From a candidate division WOR-3 bacterium (GTDB lineage: Bacteria; Hydrothermota; Tepidihabitantia; Tepidihabitantales; Tepidihabitantaceae), in assembly GCA_965648935.1 (NCBI GenBank), contig CBFGIY010000009.1, positions 1 to 43,977 on the forward strand: DNA of 43,977 nucleotides, in the 5' to 3' direction. Both the position numbers and the translations under genes were made by a program. Positions 35,120 through 43,977 of the stretch are shown piece after piece. Under the pieces are notes generated by a model, which searched no databases, was not told where the DNA came from, and worked only from the letters and a program-made list of their open reading frames with translations. Numbering within the stretch: the stretch's first letter is position 1; every line of letters begins with the position of its first letter.

Positions 35120-36276
35120 CCCGACTCCGTCGCGGGCGAACCTGCCTGCTGCCCTGTGCGGTCGGAGCTATCATGCTCATCATGCTGGGCACGGCCCAGC
35201 CCGCTCAGCCGCTCGATGCCGAGATACAGCAGCAGCAACGCCGGCTTGAGGAGCTGCGCGGCCAGCTTGAAGAAGCTCGTCGCCAGGCCGGCGTTCTCAG
35301 CTCGCGCGAGTCTGCCAGCCTGGCCAAGCTCGAAAACATCGAACGGCAGGTGCAGTTGACCAGGCGCTACATTGCCGAACTGCGCGCCCAGGCAGAAGCA
35401 CGCACCCAGGAAATCGTCGCGGTGAGCCGTCAGATACGTGAATCGAGTGAGCGCGTGACCGAACTTCGGCGCGCCATCAGCGGACGGCTTGTGCGTATCT
35501 ACAAGTACGGCCGCCTGTTCCCGCTTGAGGCAATGCTCGGCACCCGCTCGCTGCCCGAGGTACACCGCCGCTCCCTGTATCTGCGCTGGATCGCCCGGGC
35601 CGACGGACGCCTCGCCGACGAGCTCAAGGCGCTCACCGCACATCTTGCCGACCAGCGGATGCGTCTGCTCGCGGCGTATGCTGACCTCGAACGCCTCCAG
35701 GCTGAAAAGGGCAACCAGGAAGCCGCCCTGCTTGCTGCTCGCGCGACCGAGAACGCAGTTCTGGGTTCGATTCGCTCCGAGCGTGCCGCCAAGCAAGCTC
35801 TGGCTGCGGAGCTGGACGAATCAGGACGACGACTCCAGAACCTCATCGCTGAACTCATCCAGCAGCGCGCTGCCTCAGCCGGAACTGCCAGTGGTTTCGA
35901 AGCCCTGAAAGGCAAGCTCCCCTGGCCGCTCAAAGGCCAGGTCATAGCCGGCTTCGGCTCGCAGGTGCATCCGAAGTACAAGACCCGCACCAACAACCTC
36001 GGCATCGACATAAAGGGCGACTCCGGCGCGGCGGTCCGCGCCGTGGCAGCGGGCAAGGTCGCCTATGCCGACCGGTTCCTCGGCTACGGCAACCTCGTCA
36101 TCATCGACCACGGCGACGCCTGCTACACGCTTTACGGCAATCTGTCCGAGATCGCCGTTTCTGTCGGCGATCCGGTGACGCCGGCAAGCCAGGTTGGCCG
36201 CGTCGCCGACTACCTGCACTTCGAGCTGCGCAGCCAGGGCCGGCCCCTGGACCCTGCCGGATGGCTGGCCCCTTGA
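35116..36276 (+). CDS. envC: Murein hydrolase activator EnvC-like (coiled coil plus degenerate M23 domain)
   Basis: Signal peptide, coiled coil, KGKLPWP..G, NLGIDI, GYGNLVIIDHG, LHFELR. Follows ftsEX. Confidence 0.88.
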   Translation: MTRLRRGRTCLLPCAVGAIMLIMLGTAQPAQPLDAEIQQQQRRLEELRGQLEEARRQAGVLSSRESASLAKLENIERQVQLTRRYIAELRAQAEARTQEIVAVSRQIRESSERVTELRRAISGRLVRIYKYGRLFPLEAMLGTRSLPEVHRRSLYLRWIARADGRLADELKALTAHLADQRMRLLAAYADLERLQAEKGNQEAALLAARATENAVLGSIRSERAAKQALAAELDESGRRLQNLIAELIQQRAASAGTASGFEALKGKLPWPLKGQVIAGFGSQVHPKYKTRTNNLGIDIKGDSGAAVRAVAAGKVAYADRFLGYGNLVIIDHGDACYTLYGNLSEIAVSVGDPVTPASQVGRVADYLHFELRSQGRPLDPAGWLAP

Positions 36277-37397
36277 GACCGGTCTCGGAGTCCGCCGCTC
36301 CCCGACCGTCGTTCATGACCGGGCTGGTCGGTCAGGAGCGCGCAGTTCGCATCCTCGAGTGTACCGCCGCCTCGGACCGGACACCCTCACTGCTGCTGCT
36401 CGGCCGCCCCGGCATCGGCAAGCGCACCGCCGCCCTGCTCTATGCCCAGGCCATGAACTGCGCTTCGGTCGAAGTCCGACCGTGCGGCTCGTGCCGCTCG
36501 TGCCGCGCCATCGGCAGCCTCATCCATCCCGATGTCCGGCTCATCTACCCGCAGCCCCAGAAACGTAAAGACGACGAATCAGCTGACCCGGCCGATACCT
36601 CCCCGCCTGATCCTGCGCCGTATGCCCTCGGCCGACGCCAGCCTCTGTTCGACCCGACTCACTTCATCTCCATCGGCTCGGTCCGCTGGCTGCGAAAGGA
36701 GATGTCGCTCCGGCCGCTATCGGCCGGCCATCGCTTCTTCATCATCCTCCACGCCGACCGCATGCGTGCCGAGGCAGCGAACGCTCTGCTCAAAACCCTG
36801 GAGGAACCCCAGTCCGCTTCCAGCTTCATCCTCACCGCGACACAGCCCGGCCTCTTGCCGCCGACGATCCGGTCGCGCTGTCAGGTTGTCCGCTTTGGCG
36901 AAATCCCGGAGTCGGTCATCATCGACTATCTGCGGCGCCGCGCCGGTGTCGACGAAAGCACCGCCCGCGCCGCAGCCGCGCTTGCCGACGGCTCGCTGGG
37001 AACAGCGTTCCGGGCAATTGACGCGCCTGACGAGACCATCGTACCTGTCGCGGTCGACTACTTCATCAACCAGGTCGGCAGCGGCTCGAATCAGGTTCTC
37101 GACACGCTCACGCGGCTGAAAAGCGTTTCCCCGTCAGCGGTTGTCAACACATTCGTCTTTGTCTGCCGCGCTGCCCTGCTCCACCGGCTCGGGCTGGAGT
37201 CTCCCTACGCCGCCGCGAACGAGGCGGTTCGCCTGGTCGCTGCCCGGCTCCAACCGAGCTATTTGCGACGCGCGATCCGACACCTGCTGACCCGCATGGA
37301 GGACTGTGCGCTCAACCTGCCGGAGGAACTACTGATGTACAACGTGCTGGCCGCTCTGCGTCGACCAGCCGCCACAGAGCGACGCCCCCCGACCTAA
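36261..37397 (+). CDS. holB: DNA polymerase III delta' subunit
   Basis: VGQ, GRPGIGK, PCGSCRSC, HPDV, AANALLKTLEEP, LLPPTIRSRCQ. Start uncertain (36261, TTG 36273 or ATG 36315). Confidence 0.88.
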   Translation: MAGPLRPVSESAAPRPSFMTGLVGQERAVRILECTAASDRTPSLLLLGRPGIGKRTAALLYAQAMNCASVEVRPCGSCRSCRAIGSLIHPDVRLIYPQPQKRKDDESADPADTSPPDPAPYALGRRQPLFDPTHFISIGSVRWLRKEMSLRPLSAGHRFFIILHADRMRAEAANALLKTLEEPQSASSFILTATQPGLLPPTIRSRCQVVRFGEIPESVIIDYLRRRAGVDESTARAAAALADGSLGTAFRAIDAPDETIVPVAVDYFINQVGSGSNQVLDTLTRLKSVSPSAVVNTFVFVCRAALLHRLGLESPYAAANEAVRLVAARLQPSYLRRAIRHLLTRMEDCALNLPEELLMYNVLAALRRPAATERRPPT

Positions 37398-37759
37398 TCC
37401 CGCACAGGACCAACCACAACCAGGTCGCGGAGCGCGGCGTAGCGCTTCGGCCCGATACCGGAGACCTGACGCAAATCGGCGACACTTCGAAATCCTCCAT
37501 GTCGCATCCGGTAATCGACGATTCGCGCCGCCAGGACTGGGCCGATACCGGGCAGGTCCTCAAGCGCTGCCGCCGAAGCGCTGTTCAAGTCAAGCGGCCC
37601 GAACGCTCCGGTATCCGCCTCGGCCACGCTGTCCAGCTGCGGTGCGAACCCAGCGGCCCGATGACGACTCTGCTGCCAGTTCCGCCAGCCCGAGAGCCCC
37701 GCACCCGCGACAAACGTGATAACAAGAAAGAGAAGAGCGGCGCGCTCGCGGCGGTTCAC
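37394..37759 (-). CDS. comEA: ComEA-like membrane-anchored helix-hairpin-helix DNA-binding protein
   Basis: N-terminal TM; LDLNSAS...LEDLPGIGPVLA.RIVDYR...GGF.SV.DL..VSGIG.K. Confidence 0.88.
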   Translation of the reverse strand: MNRRERAALLFLVITFVAGAGLSGWRNWQQSRHRAAGFAPQLDSVAEADTGAFGPLDLNSASAAALEDLPGIGPVLAARIVDYRMRHGGFRSVADLRQVSGIGPKRYAALRDLVVVGPVRD

Positions 37760-40700
37760 TAGAAACGAAACAACAACCAGAGATTGAGGTCAACCGTTTC
37801 GGTTGTTATGGGCGTCAGCCCCTTGCTCCGGCTGTAACCTGAATTCAGGCCTGCTTCGATGCTCCGTGAGAAGCGGTAGGACGCTGCGACTGTCGCACCG
37901 AACGAGTTGTCGTTTGATAGCCTTGTCGTATCAACTGGAACGCCGAGCGCGTCCCACTGGATGAGTCTCCCCGCAGTGTTGGCGTAGCGCATCGTCGCGG
38001 TGAGGCTCAGGTCCGACGTGAAGCGAAGCTTGCTCAGCAGCGGCAACTTCAGGCCCTGCGGTGCCGAAAAGGCGTAGGACACCGACAGGTTGCCGCCGGT
38101 CGTCCTCGTATCGGTAACATTGCGCCGCAGGCCGTTCTCGCTGAGGTAGTTTGTCGCCGATGATGTGGTGTAATTGGCGGCAAGCGTGGTGCTGACCCGC
38201 TTCTGCCAGGTGGTCTGCCAGGACAGCAGCGGGTTATGTTCAGAGCTCAATCGGTCCACGCGGCCAATCATCCCGAGGGTGTCGAACCCGCTGACAAACG
38301 TCCCGCCCTGGTCCCAGCGCCGACGCCAGTTCGTCGAGAGCTTGGAATCGGTCGCGTACTTCTTGAAAAGATTGTGCACCTTGCCCAGGGTCAGCTGCAC
38401 GTCTGGCCAGCTGCGGCTACGATCCAACACCGTGCTGCCCAGCAGGCTGTTGATGTTGCGGCCCTCGGACCAGTCATACCCTAACCGCGCGACCACCTCA
38501 CCGACCCGCGCCCCGGAAGACAGGCGCGCAGCATCGCGCATCTCGCGCGCCGCGCTCGACGGCGGACGGGTGCTGTCAAATGGAAACTGGGTACTGAATC
38601 CGAGTCGATAGTGCCATGGCGCGCGATCGACGACGCCCAGCATGTCGCTGCCGCGCGACATGGTGTAGGTGACATCAAGCGGTTCGAGCGAACGCGACAG
38701 AAAGCTGGCTGCGCGACGCAACCCGTCCGCGGGCATAGGCCGAGACGCGCTCGGCGCGGGGCTCGCGGTAGAGTCGCCCGCCGCAGCGACCGCGCCCGAT
38801 TCGGCCGGCACCGCCGCGCGCTTCTGCGCCTTGGAAGCCGGTTTGGGCGGCTTGACTCGACCGAGCAACTCAGGCAAGTCTATGCCCAGCGACAGGTCCA
38901 GATCGCCGGAGTTGGACAGGTTCCGGAAGTCGGCATAATCGGACCCGGTCTTCGGCCGCTCGTCATTGTACTCTCCATTGTAGTCGACGCCGGGCGACAG
39001 CCAATCGCCGATCTCGATACTGTAGGATGCGCCAAAGCTCTGGTCCCTTCCCGCCTCTGTGCCTATCTTCAGAAAGAGGAGGCTGTCTGGCCTGGTGACT
39101 ATCAAGTCACGCTCGCTCTCGTCCGAATAGTCAAAACTCAGGTCTTCGATCGGCGAATACTCAATGGAGAGATCGGTGTTGAATCCGTTGCTCTTGACGC
39201 TGTCGTAACGAAACGCGCTGTCGGGGCGGAATCGCGTCCCGCGCAGACCATATTGGCTTGCCGTGGACAACCCAACCCTGACGCCCTGAGGAATCAGCGC
39301 GAGTTCGAGGTCGCCAATTTCCACGTTCACTTCGGGGCTGATTCCCCAGGACCACTGCATGGCGCGTGACCACGACGAGTCGCGCGCGAGCAGCGCACGC
39401 CGCACCGCTCGTCTCTGGCGCCATGAGAACCCCATTGCCTCAAGCGTGTAGTTGAGCAACTTGCTCTGCGAATTCGCCTTCCGCAGGTTGTTCAGGCCCA
39501 CCTCCTCGGACCAGCCCACACTGCGCAGGCTCTCGGCCGCGGCTTCGTCAAGCTCCTCAAGCCGCAGGTCCGGGAACAGCGGCGAGAACTTGGGCACGTC
39601 ATCCAGCCGCGAGAACGAATAGCTCACCGGCACGCTCATACCCCAGGACTGGGGCAGCAGTCGTTCGAGGTTGGCGCTGGCATTCAATCCGACGTTGTTG
39701 CCGAAGCCACCGGTCTTGACCCCGCGACCTTCGCTGAACCGCCGAAAGTTCGGGTCCGAGTAGTTGTAGCTGACCGCCGCGTTCACGAACTCGGAAAGCG
39801 CCAGGGCGGCGCGCGCCTGGAAACCGTAACCCGGTTCCCGCCTGGCCCCGGTCAGACGCAGCTCGTCGAACCATATGCCGCCCGAGAGCCTGCGGTTCGA
39901 CGGGTTGTCGATGCCCAGCGCCGTGTAGCGCACGTCGGACAGCGACGGCGCGCCGCGCACCCGGTAGCACCCTGCCCCCCAGGGCGTGTTCGGGTCGGCC
40001 GATCCGCGCGCGGCCTTCAGAGCCGGAAACGAGTCAAGCCGGACCGTGAACTCGTACCAGCGTCCATCCCGGCCAGGCACCGCGGCGCCCTCGGTGATTC
40101 CCGCGGCGTACTCGTAGTAGTTCAGTGTGTCGCTACCCAGCCGCAACACCCAGCCCAGGCCGTTGCCGTCGTCGTGCACATAGACCCGCACATCGGAGTA
40201 GTCGCGGTAGTCATCGCGGTCCGTGGTAATCTTGCTCGCCAGGGCTCGCCGATTGCCATAGAGGTTGCGGTAGCCGAAGAGCAATCCGGGGTCAATCTGG
40301 AAGCGGCCCTGCGCATCGCGCCGTGGCTCGACCGGCGGGACATATGACGTATCGGTCTTGCGCGAGACCTCGGTGACCCAGACCTTCTCGGTCGTATCGA
40401 CCGGAATGATGTTGGCCGGCCGCAGTGGCCCGACCGTCGGGTTCAGCCAGCTCGAACCGGTGAACTCAAGCGAGTAGAGGTCAATCGTGTCCAGCCCGTC
40501 GAATCCGTCGAACCACAGTCGTACGGTCTTGATGTCCTCCCACTTGGGCCGGCCCGTTGCCGGAAAGAGCAATGTATCGTGCAGGCTTACGCGGCAGAGC
40601 TGCCAGCCGTTGCGCAACTGGGTGAAGAACCGCGGGTCGCCCAGCTCGACCGCGCATTCGAAGTAGTGATTGTAGCGCGAGAATCCGTTGCGATCGAGGT

Positions 40701-43377
40701 CCTCGGTGTCGAGGCGGTTGTTGCCCTCGGTTCCCTGCGGGTTCTTCACCGGGTCATAGTCGTCATTGCCGTCGTCCAGCGTGTCGCCCTGCCGGAAGAG
40801 CGAGTCGGGCCAGAACACGCCGTCAAGACCGGTGTCCTCGGTGATATCAAGCTGGCCGTTGCCATCACGGTCCTCGGTGTCGAGGCGACCGTTGTAGCCG
40901 ACGATCCGACCGGCGCGGTTGCGGCGCGGCGCGTCCTCGTCAATACTCATCCCGACCGTCACGTGAATCACCCCGCGACTGCGCCGGGTCTTGAGCACCA
41001 GCTGCATGTTCTCGACATCGCGCAGGTTCATCCCAATCTGGGCTGCGTTGGTCATCAGCCCGGCCCACGCGTCGGGTTCGGCCGAGGGGTCGAAGAACAC
41101 CCGCATCAGACTCGGCACCTCGTCCCTGAGCTCCGGCTCGTCGCCGGTGTACGGTCCCTGGAACGTATCGGCGCGGAAAGGCGGGTTGTGCCAGCGTAGC
41201 GGCACTCGGGCGAACCGGCTGGTGTCACGGCTCGCCGGCACTGACGCGAATGACCAGAGTATCGAGCTCAGGATGATACTGCGCCGGATGCTGGTCCCCT
41301 GGAAATCGTCAAGCCACGCCGAGCCGCGGGTGTTCGGGTCGGGGAACGAGACCGCGCCCTCAGCCGAAGCGGAGACCGTAACCGGAGCGTTCGCCCGCAG
41401 CAGCGGCAGCCGGTCGAGGAACGCCGCCGCCGCATCCGACGACAGCGAGTAGCTCGCGTCCGCCTCGGCGATTGTCCGGGTGAACGGCTCGCTGCCCAGC
41501 ACCGGCTTCTCTTCGCCGGTACCTTCACTCCGGTAGAACACGCTGGTACCGACCTTGCCCCGCTGCCCGAGCGGCATCTCGGCCCGCGTTCCCAGCACCG
41601 CCTTCTGGGCGATCGAAAACAACGGCCGGTATTCGTAAGTGACGCGGATGTCGGCATCCGCGGGCAGGGCGCGGGTGAAGGTCAGCACGCCGGAGCGGTA
41701 ATCGATGGTGTAGTCCACGCCCCGCGTCCACTGCTGGCCGTCAACCATCACTTTCTCCGACCCCTCGGTGATATCGGGCTGGCCAAGGTAGTACGAACCG
41801 GCCGCGCTCGAATACTCGGCGACAATGTAGTACAGCCTGCCTTCACCGGGGAGGAGCCGGTACGGGTCCTTGCGGTATATTGCCCGGTCGCGCACCGACA
41901 GGGCGCTTGAATCAAACGGCCGCCGGCCCGGAAAACGGATGAGGCCTGTGCCCGGCTCGAACTCGGGATACTGGATGCGGCCGTCCCCATCCGGGTCAAG
42001 CCCGAGGATTTCCGTGAACCTGCGACCGGCGTTCGGGCCGGCCGTGTCGGCCTCCGGGTCCTGGCCTGACGGTAGGTCAAGGTGGATGCTCAGAGAACGC
42101 AGCGAAACGTCGGACTGGGACAGCGCGTACACGTTGCGCAGTTCGTAGTCCCAGGTCGCCGAAAGCGTGTCGGTCAGTTCAGGTTTGAGCATCGCCAGGA
42201 CTATCGAATCGCGCCAGAAATGGCCGCCCAGGGTATCGTTCGCCGTGTAGGCAACAAAACCTGCGACATCGTTGGTGCCGAGCGCCGAGGCGAATTCAAT
42301 GATGTTGCCCGGATGGATGAAGTAGTCGCGGCCGAGCGTCTTGAGGTCGAACGCGCCGCCCGCGCGGTCGTAGTTCCAGTTGGCCGGTACTGAGTCGGGG
42401 TGCTCGAGCAGCGTCGTCGCGATGCCGGGCTGGCTCGCCTGATTGTTCAGCGGGTTCTTGTCGTCGACGTATATCCGCAGCGTGCGCAGCGGCTCGGCCA
42501 CGGGAATCTGGTAGAACCGGCGCGTGAGATAGCGGTCGTTGCGCAGAGTGTCGACGAAAACGCGCCGCCGGCCCTGGAAGCTCTGGCTCTGCCCCTGCGA
42601 TTCCTCGCGCGACGCCACCGCGTAGATGTCGACCCCGGCCATCTTGCCCTTGGCCGTGGCGCCGAAAAGCCCCTGGAAAGCCGGCAGGTCGCCGGTGTAA
42701 CCGGTGCCGGGGATTGACAGCCGCGTGTCGCCCAGCTCGACCGACTGCACTATTTCGTCCTCGGTGCCGGTGTAGCTGAGTTTGACCTTGTTCTTGGCCT
42801 GCTCGCGCTCCGAGTCGTGGTCAATGTTGACCTTGGTACGCTCGCCGATGGAGCCGTTCAGGGTCACGGCGAGCTGCTGCTCCAGCTTCAGCTCGGGCAG
42901 CAGGCCGCGGTTGCCCTCGCGGAAGGTGCCGCGCTGGAAAGTCTGGCGCCCGCCCAGCGTGATCCGGTCCCGGCCCGAGATGTCGATGCGGCTGCCCTCG
43001 CCGAAGATCGGCAACCTGGGCAGTTCGATGTCGGGTATCAGGCCCGAAGCGTCCGACGCGAGCTGGCGCTTCTCTCCTTCGCGCCGCGACCTGTCCTGCC
43101 AGCCGGCGACAAACCCGTCGCCGATCTGATAGGAGAGGTAGTCCTCAAGCGACAGAACCCGGTCAAGTCCAAGCAGGTGACTGCCGCGCCAGCGCTCCAG
43201 GTACACCAGCCGGTTCTCGTAGTCGACGCGCGGCACGACCTTCTCCGGCTCGTACAGCGACTGCGCGGCGGCCATCGCAGTCAGGACCGCAAGCGCGCCG
43301 ACGACGCCGGCCAGCCACCGCCGCGACTCGCCCCGGCCCGAAGCCGCGGTACCGGCCATCCGCCACGAACCCTTCAC
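37759..43377 (-). CDS. sprA: SprA/Sov-like very large outer-membrane protein (T9SS translocon homologue)
   Basis: 1872 aa; signal peptide; IFG...IDISG.....G...QQL.V.LNGSIGE...VNIDHDS; GSEKV.VDG....RGVDYTIDY.SG; GSEPF; DDF.G; DTEDLDRNG; IWFDELRL; many C-terminal beta strands; terminal Phe. Confidence 0.85.
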   Translation of the reverse strand: MKGSWRMAGTAASGRGESRRWLAGVVGALAVLTAMAAAQSLYEPEKVVPRVDYENRLVYLERWRGSHLLGLDRVLSLEDYLSYQIGDGFVAGWQDRSRREGEKRQLASDASGLIPDIELPRLPIFGEGSRIDISGRDRITLGGRQTFQRGTFREGNRGLLPELKLEQQLAVTLNGSIGERTKVNIDHDSEREQAKNKVKLSYTGTEDEIVQSVELGDTRLSIPGTGYTGDLPAFQGLFGATAKGKMAGVDIYAVASREESQGQSQSFQGRRRVFVDTLRNDRYLTRRFYQIPVAEPLRTLRIYVDDKNPLNNQASQPGIATTLLEHPDSVPANWNYDRAGGAFDLKTLGRDYFIHPGNIIEFASALGTNDVAGFVAYTANDTLGGHFWRDSIVLAMLKPELTDTLSATWDYELRNVYALSQSDVSLRSLSIHLDLPSGQDPEADTAGPNAGRRFTEILGLDPDGDGRIQYPEFEPGTGLIRFPGRRPFDSSALSVRDRAIYRKDPYRLLPGEGRLYYIVAEYSSAAGSYYLGQPDITEGSEKVMVDGQQWTRGVDYTIDYRSGVLTFTRALPADADIRVTYEYRPLFSIAQKAVLGTRAEMPLGQRGKVGTSVFYRSEGTGEEKPVLGSEPFTRTIAEADASYSLSSDAAAAFLDRLPLLRANAPVTVSASAEGAVSFPDPNTRGSAWLDDFQGTSIRRSIILSSILWSFASVPASRDTSRFARVPLRWHNPPFRADTFQGPYTGDEPELRDEVPSLMRVFFDPSAEPDAWAGLMTNAAQIGMNLRDVENMQLVLKTRRSRGVIHVTVGMSIDEDAPRRNRAGRIVGYNGRLDTEDRDGNGQLDITEDTGLDGVFWPDSLFRQGDTLDDGNDDYDPVKNPQGTEGNNRLDTEDLDRNGFSRYNHYFECAVELGDPRFFTQLRNGWQLCRVSLHDTLLFPATGRPKWEDIKTVRLWFDGFDGLDTIDLYSLEFTGSSWLNPTVGPLRPANIIPVDTTEKVWVTEVSRKTDTSYVPPVEPRRDAQGRFQIDPGLLFGYRNLYGNRRALASKITTDRDDYRDYSDVRVYVHDDGNGLGWVLRLGSDTLNYYEYAAGITEGAAVPGRDGRWYEFTVRLDSFPALKAARGSADPNTPWGAGCYRVRGAPSLSDVRYTALGIDNPSNRRLSGGIWFDELRLTGARREPGYGFQARAALALSEFVNAAVSYNYSDPNFRRFSEGRGVKTGGFGNNVGLNASANLERLLPQSWGMSVPVSYSFSRLDDVPKFSPLFPDLRLEELDEAAAESLRSVGWSEEVGLNNLRKANSQSKLLNYTLEAMGFSWRQRRAVRRALLARDSSWSRAMQWSWGISPEVNVEIGDLELALIPQGVRVGLSTASQYGLRGTRFRPDSAFRYDSVKSNGFNTDLSIEYSPIEDLSFDYSDESERDLIVTRPDSLLFLKIGTEAGRDQSFGASYSIEIGDWLSPGVDYNGEYNDERPKTGSDYADFRNLSNSGDLDLSLGIDLPELLGRVKPPKPASKAQKRAAVPAESGAVAAAGDSTASPAPSASRPMPADGLRRAASFLSRSLEPLDVTYTMSRGSDMLGVVDRAPWHYRLGFSTQFPFDSTRPPSSAAREMRDAARLSSGARVGEVVARLGYDWSEGRNINSLLGSTVLDRSRSWPDVQLTLGKVHNLFKKYATDSKLSTNWRRRWDQGGTFVSGFDTLGMIGRVDRLSSEHNPLLSWQTTWQKRVSTTLAANYTTSSATNYLSENGLRRNVTDTRTTGGNLSVSYAFSAPQGLKLPLLSKLRFTSDLSLTATMRYANTAGRLIQWDALGVPVDTTRLSNDNSFGATVAASYRFSRSIEAGLNSGYSRSKGLTPITTETVDLNLWLLFRF

Positions 43378-43380
43378 CCG

Positions 43381-43977
43381 CTAGACCTTCCCGAAGAACG
43401 CGCGGAATCTCTGCGCCAGACCTGGCGCATCCAGCCCCGCCTCGGCCAGCAGCGCACCACGCGGAGCGTGCTCGATGAACCGGTCAGGCAAGCCGATATG
43501 CTCGAACCGAACCGCCTGCCCCGTCTCGCCGGCAAGCCGCGCCACGGCCTCGCCGAACCCGCCCGAGAGCACGTTCTCCTCGACTGTCGCGACCCGGCCG
43601 CATCGCGCCATCGCCCCGACCAGCAGCTCGCGGTCCAGCGGCTTGACAAATCTAGCGTTGATGACGCCAAGGTCGAGTGTCCCCTCGGCTGCCAGCCCGT
43701 CGGCCGCGGCCAGCGCCGCGTTGGCGCACGTGCCCGCGGCCAGCACCCAGCCGTCGCGGCCGTCGCGCCACACTTCGGCCCGGCCGTGCTCGACCGGGTA
43801 CGCTTTCTCGCGACAGCGGCCCGAGCCGCCGCGCGGGTAGCGTATCGCCACCGGACCATCGGTGCGCGCGATTGCATACTCCAGCATCATCCCGAGCTCG
43901 AGCTCGTCGGCCGGCGCCAGCACAGTCATTCCCGGAATCATCGAGAGGTAAGTCAGATCGAAAACGCCATGGTGGGT
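43381..43977 (-). CDS. dxs: 1-deoxy-D-xylulose-5-phosphate synthase, C-terminal part (5' end outside the window)
   Basis: THHGVFDLTYLSMIPGM...P, GPVAIRYPRG, NARFVKPLD, TVEEN...GGFGEAV, GLPDRFIEH. Confidence 0.95.
   Translation of the reverse strand, partial: THHGVFDLTYLSMIPGMTVLAPADELELGMMLEYAIARTDGPVAIRYPRGGSGRCREKAYPVEHGRAEVWRDGRDGWVLAAGTCANAALAAADGLAAEGTLDLGVINARFVKPLDRELLVGAMARCGRVATVEENVLSGGFGEAVARLAGETGQAVRFEHIGLPDRFIEHAPRGALLAEAGLDAPGLAQRFRAFFGKV

Noticed and set aside
35900..36276. M23 domain missing zinc ligands as a sign of pseudogenisation
   Set aside because: A degenerate M23 active site is the normal state of EnvC.

Overview
High-GC bacterial chromosome segment, almost entirely core/housekeeping genes. 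Gene content (SprA, a PorV-family barrel, a C25 gingipain-like protease, KISTS-type MetG, YVTN propeller with a short C-terminal sorting-like domain) suggests an FCB-superphylum organism outside Bacteroidota, possibly WOR-3-like; this taxonomy is inference. Order: nifU-like (partial), PP-loop thiolase-like, era, accA, porV-like, conserved hypothetical (all minus); C25 protease (+); YVTN propeller, htrA, four 2-oxoacid:ferredoxin oxidoreductase subunits, P-loop ATPase (minus); tRNA-Val(GAC), C4 Zn-ribbon protein, rnhA, acyltransferase, dut, GT4 (+); rsmA, tatD, metG, 58-aa small protein (minus); miaB, lapA, TPR, mutS, ugd, UDP-GlcA decarboxylase-like, oxidoreductase, GT2, ftsE, ftsX, envC, holB (+); comEA, sprA, dxs (partial) (minus). 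No CRISPR array, transposase or prophage was seen. Most notable: (1) seven of the ten sigma70-like promoters found have a start codon only 7-10 nt after the -10 box, suggesting pervasive leaderless translation; (2) dispersed type IX secretion-like parts (SprA, PorV, two putative cargos) embedded in housekeeping operons; (3) an orphan 58-aa gene next to a structured ~450-nt intergenic region; (4) a 370-bp convergent overlap between GT4 and rsmA, a leader uORF, and short-period repeat insertions inside genes.
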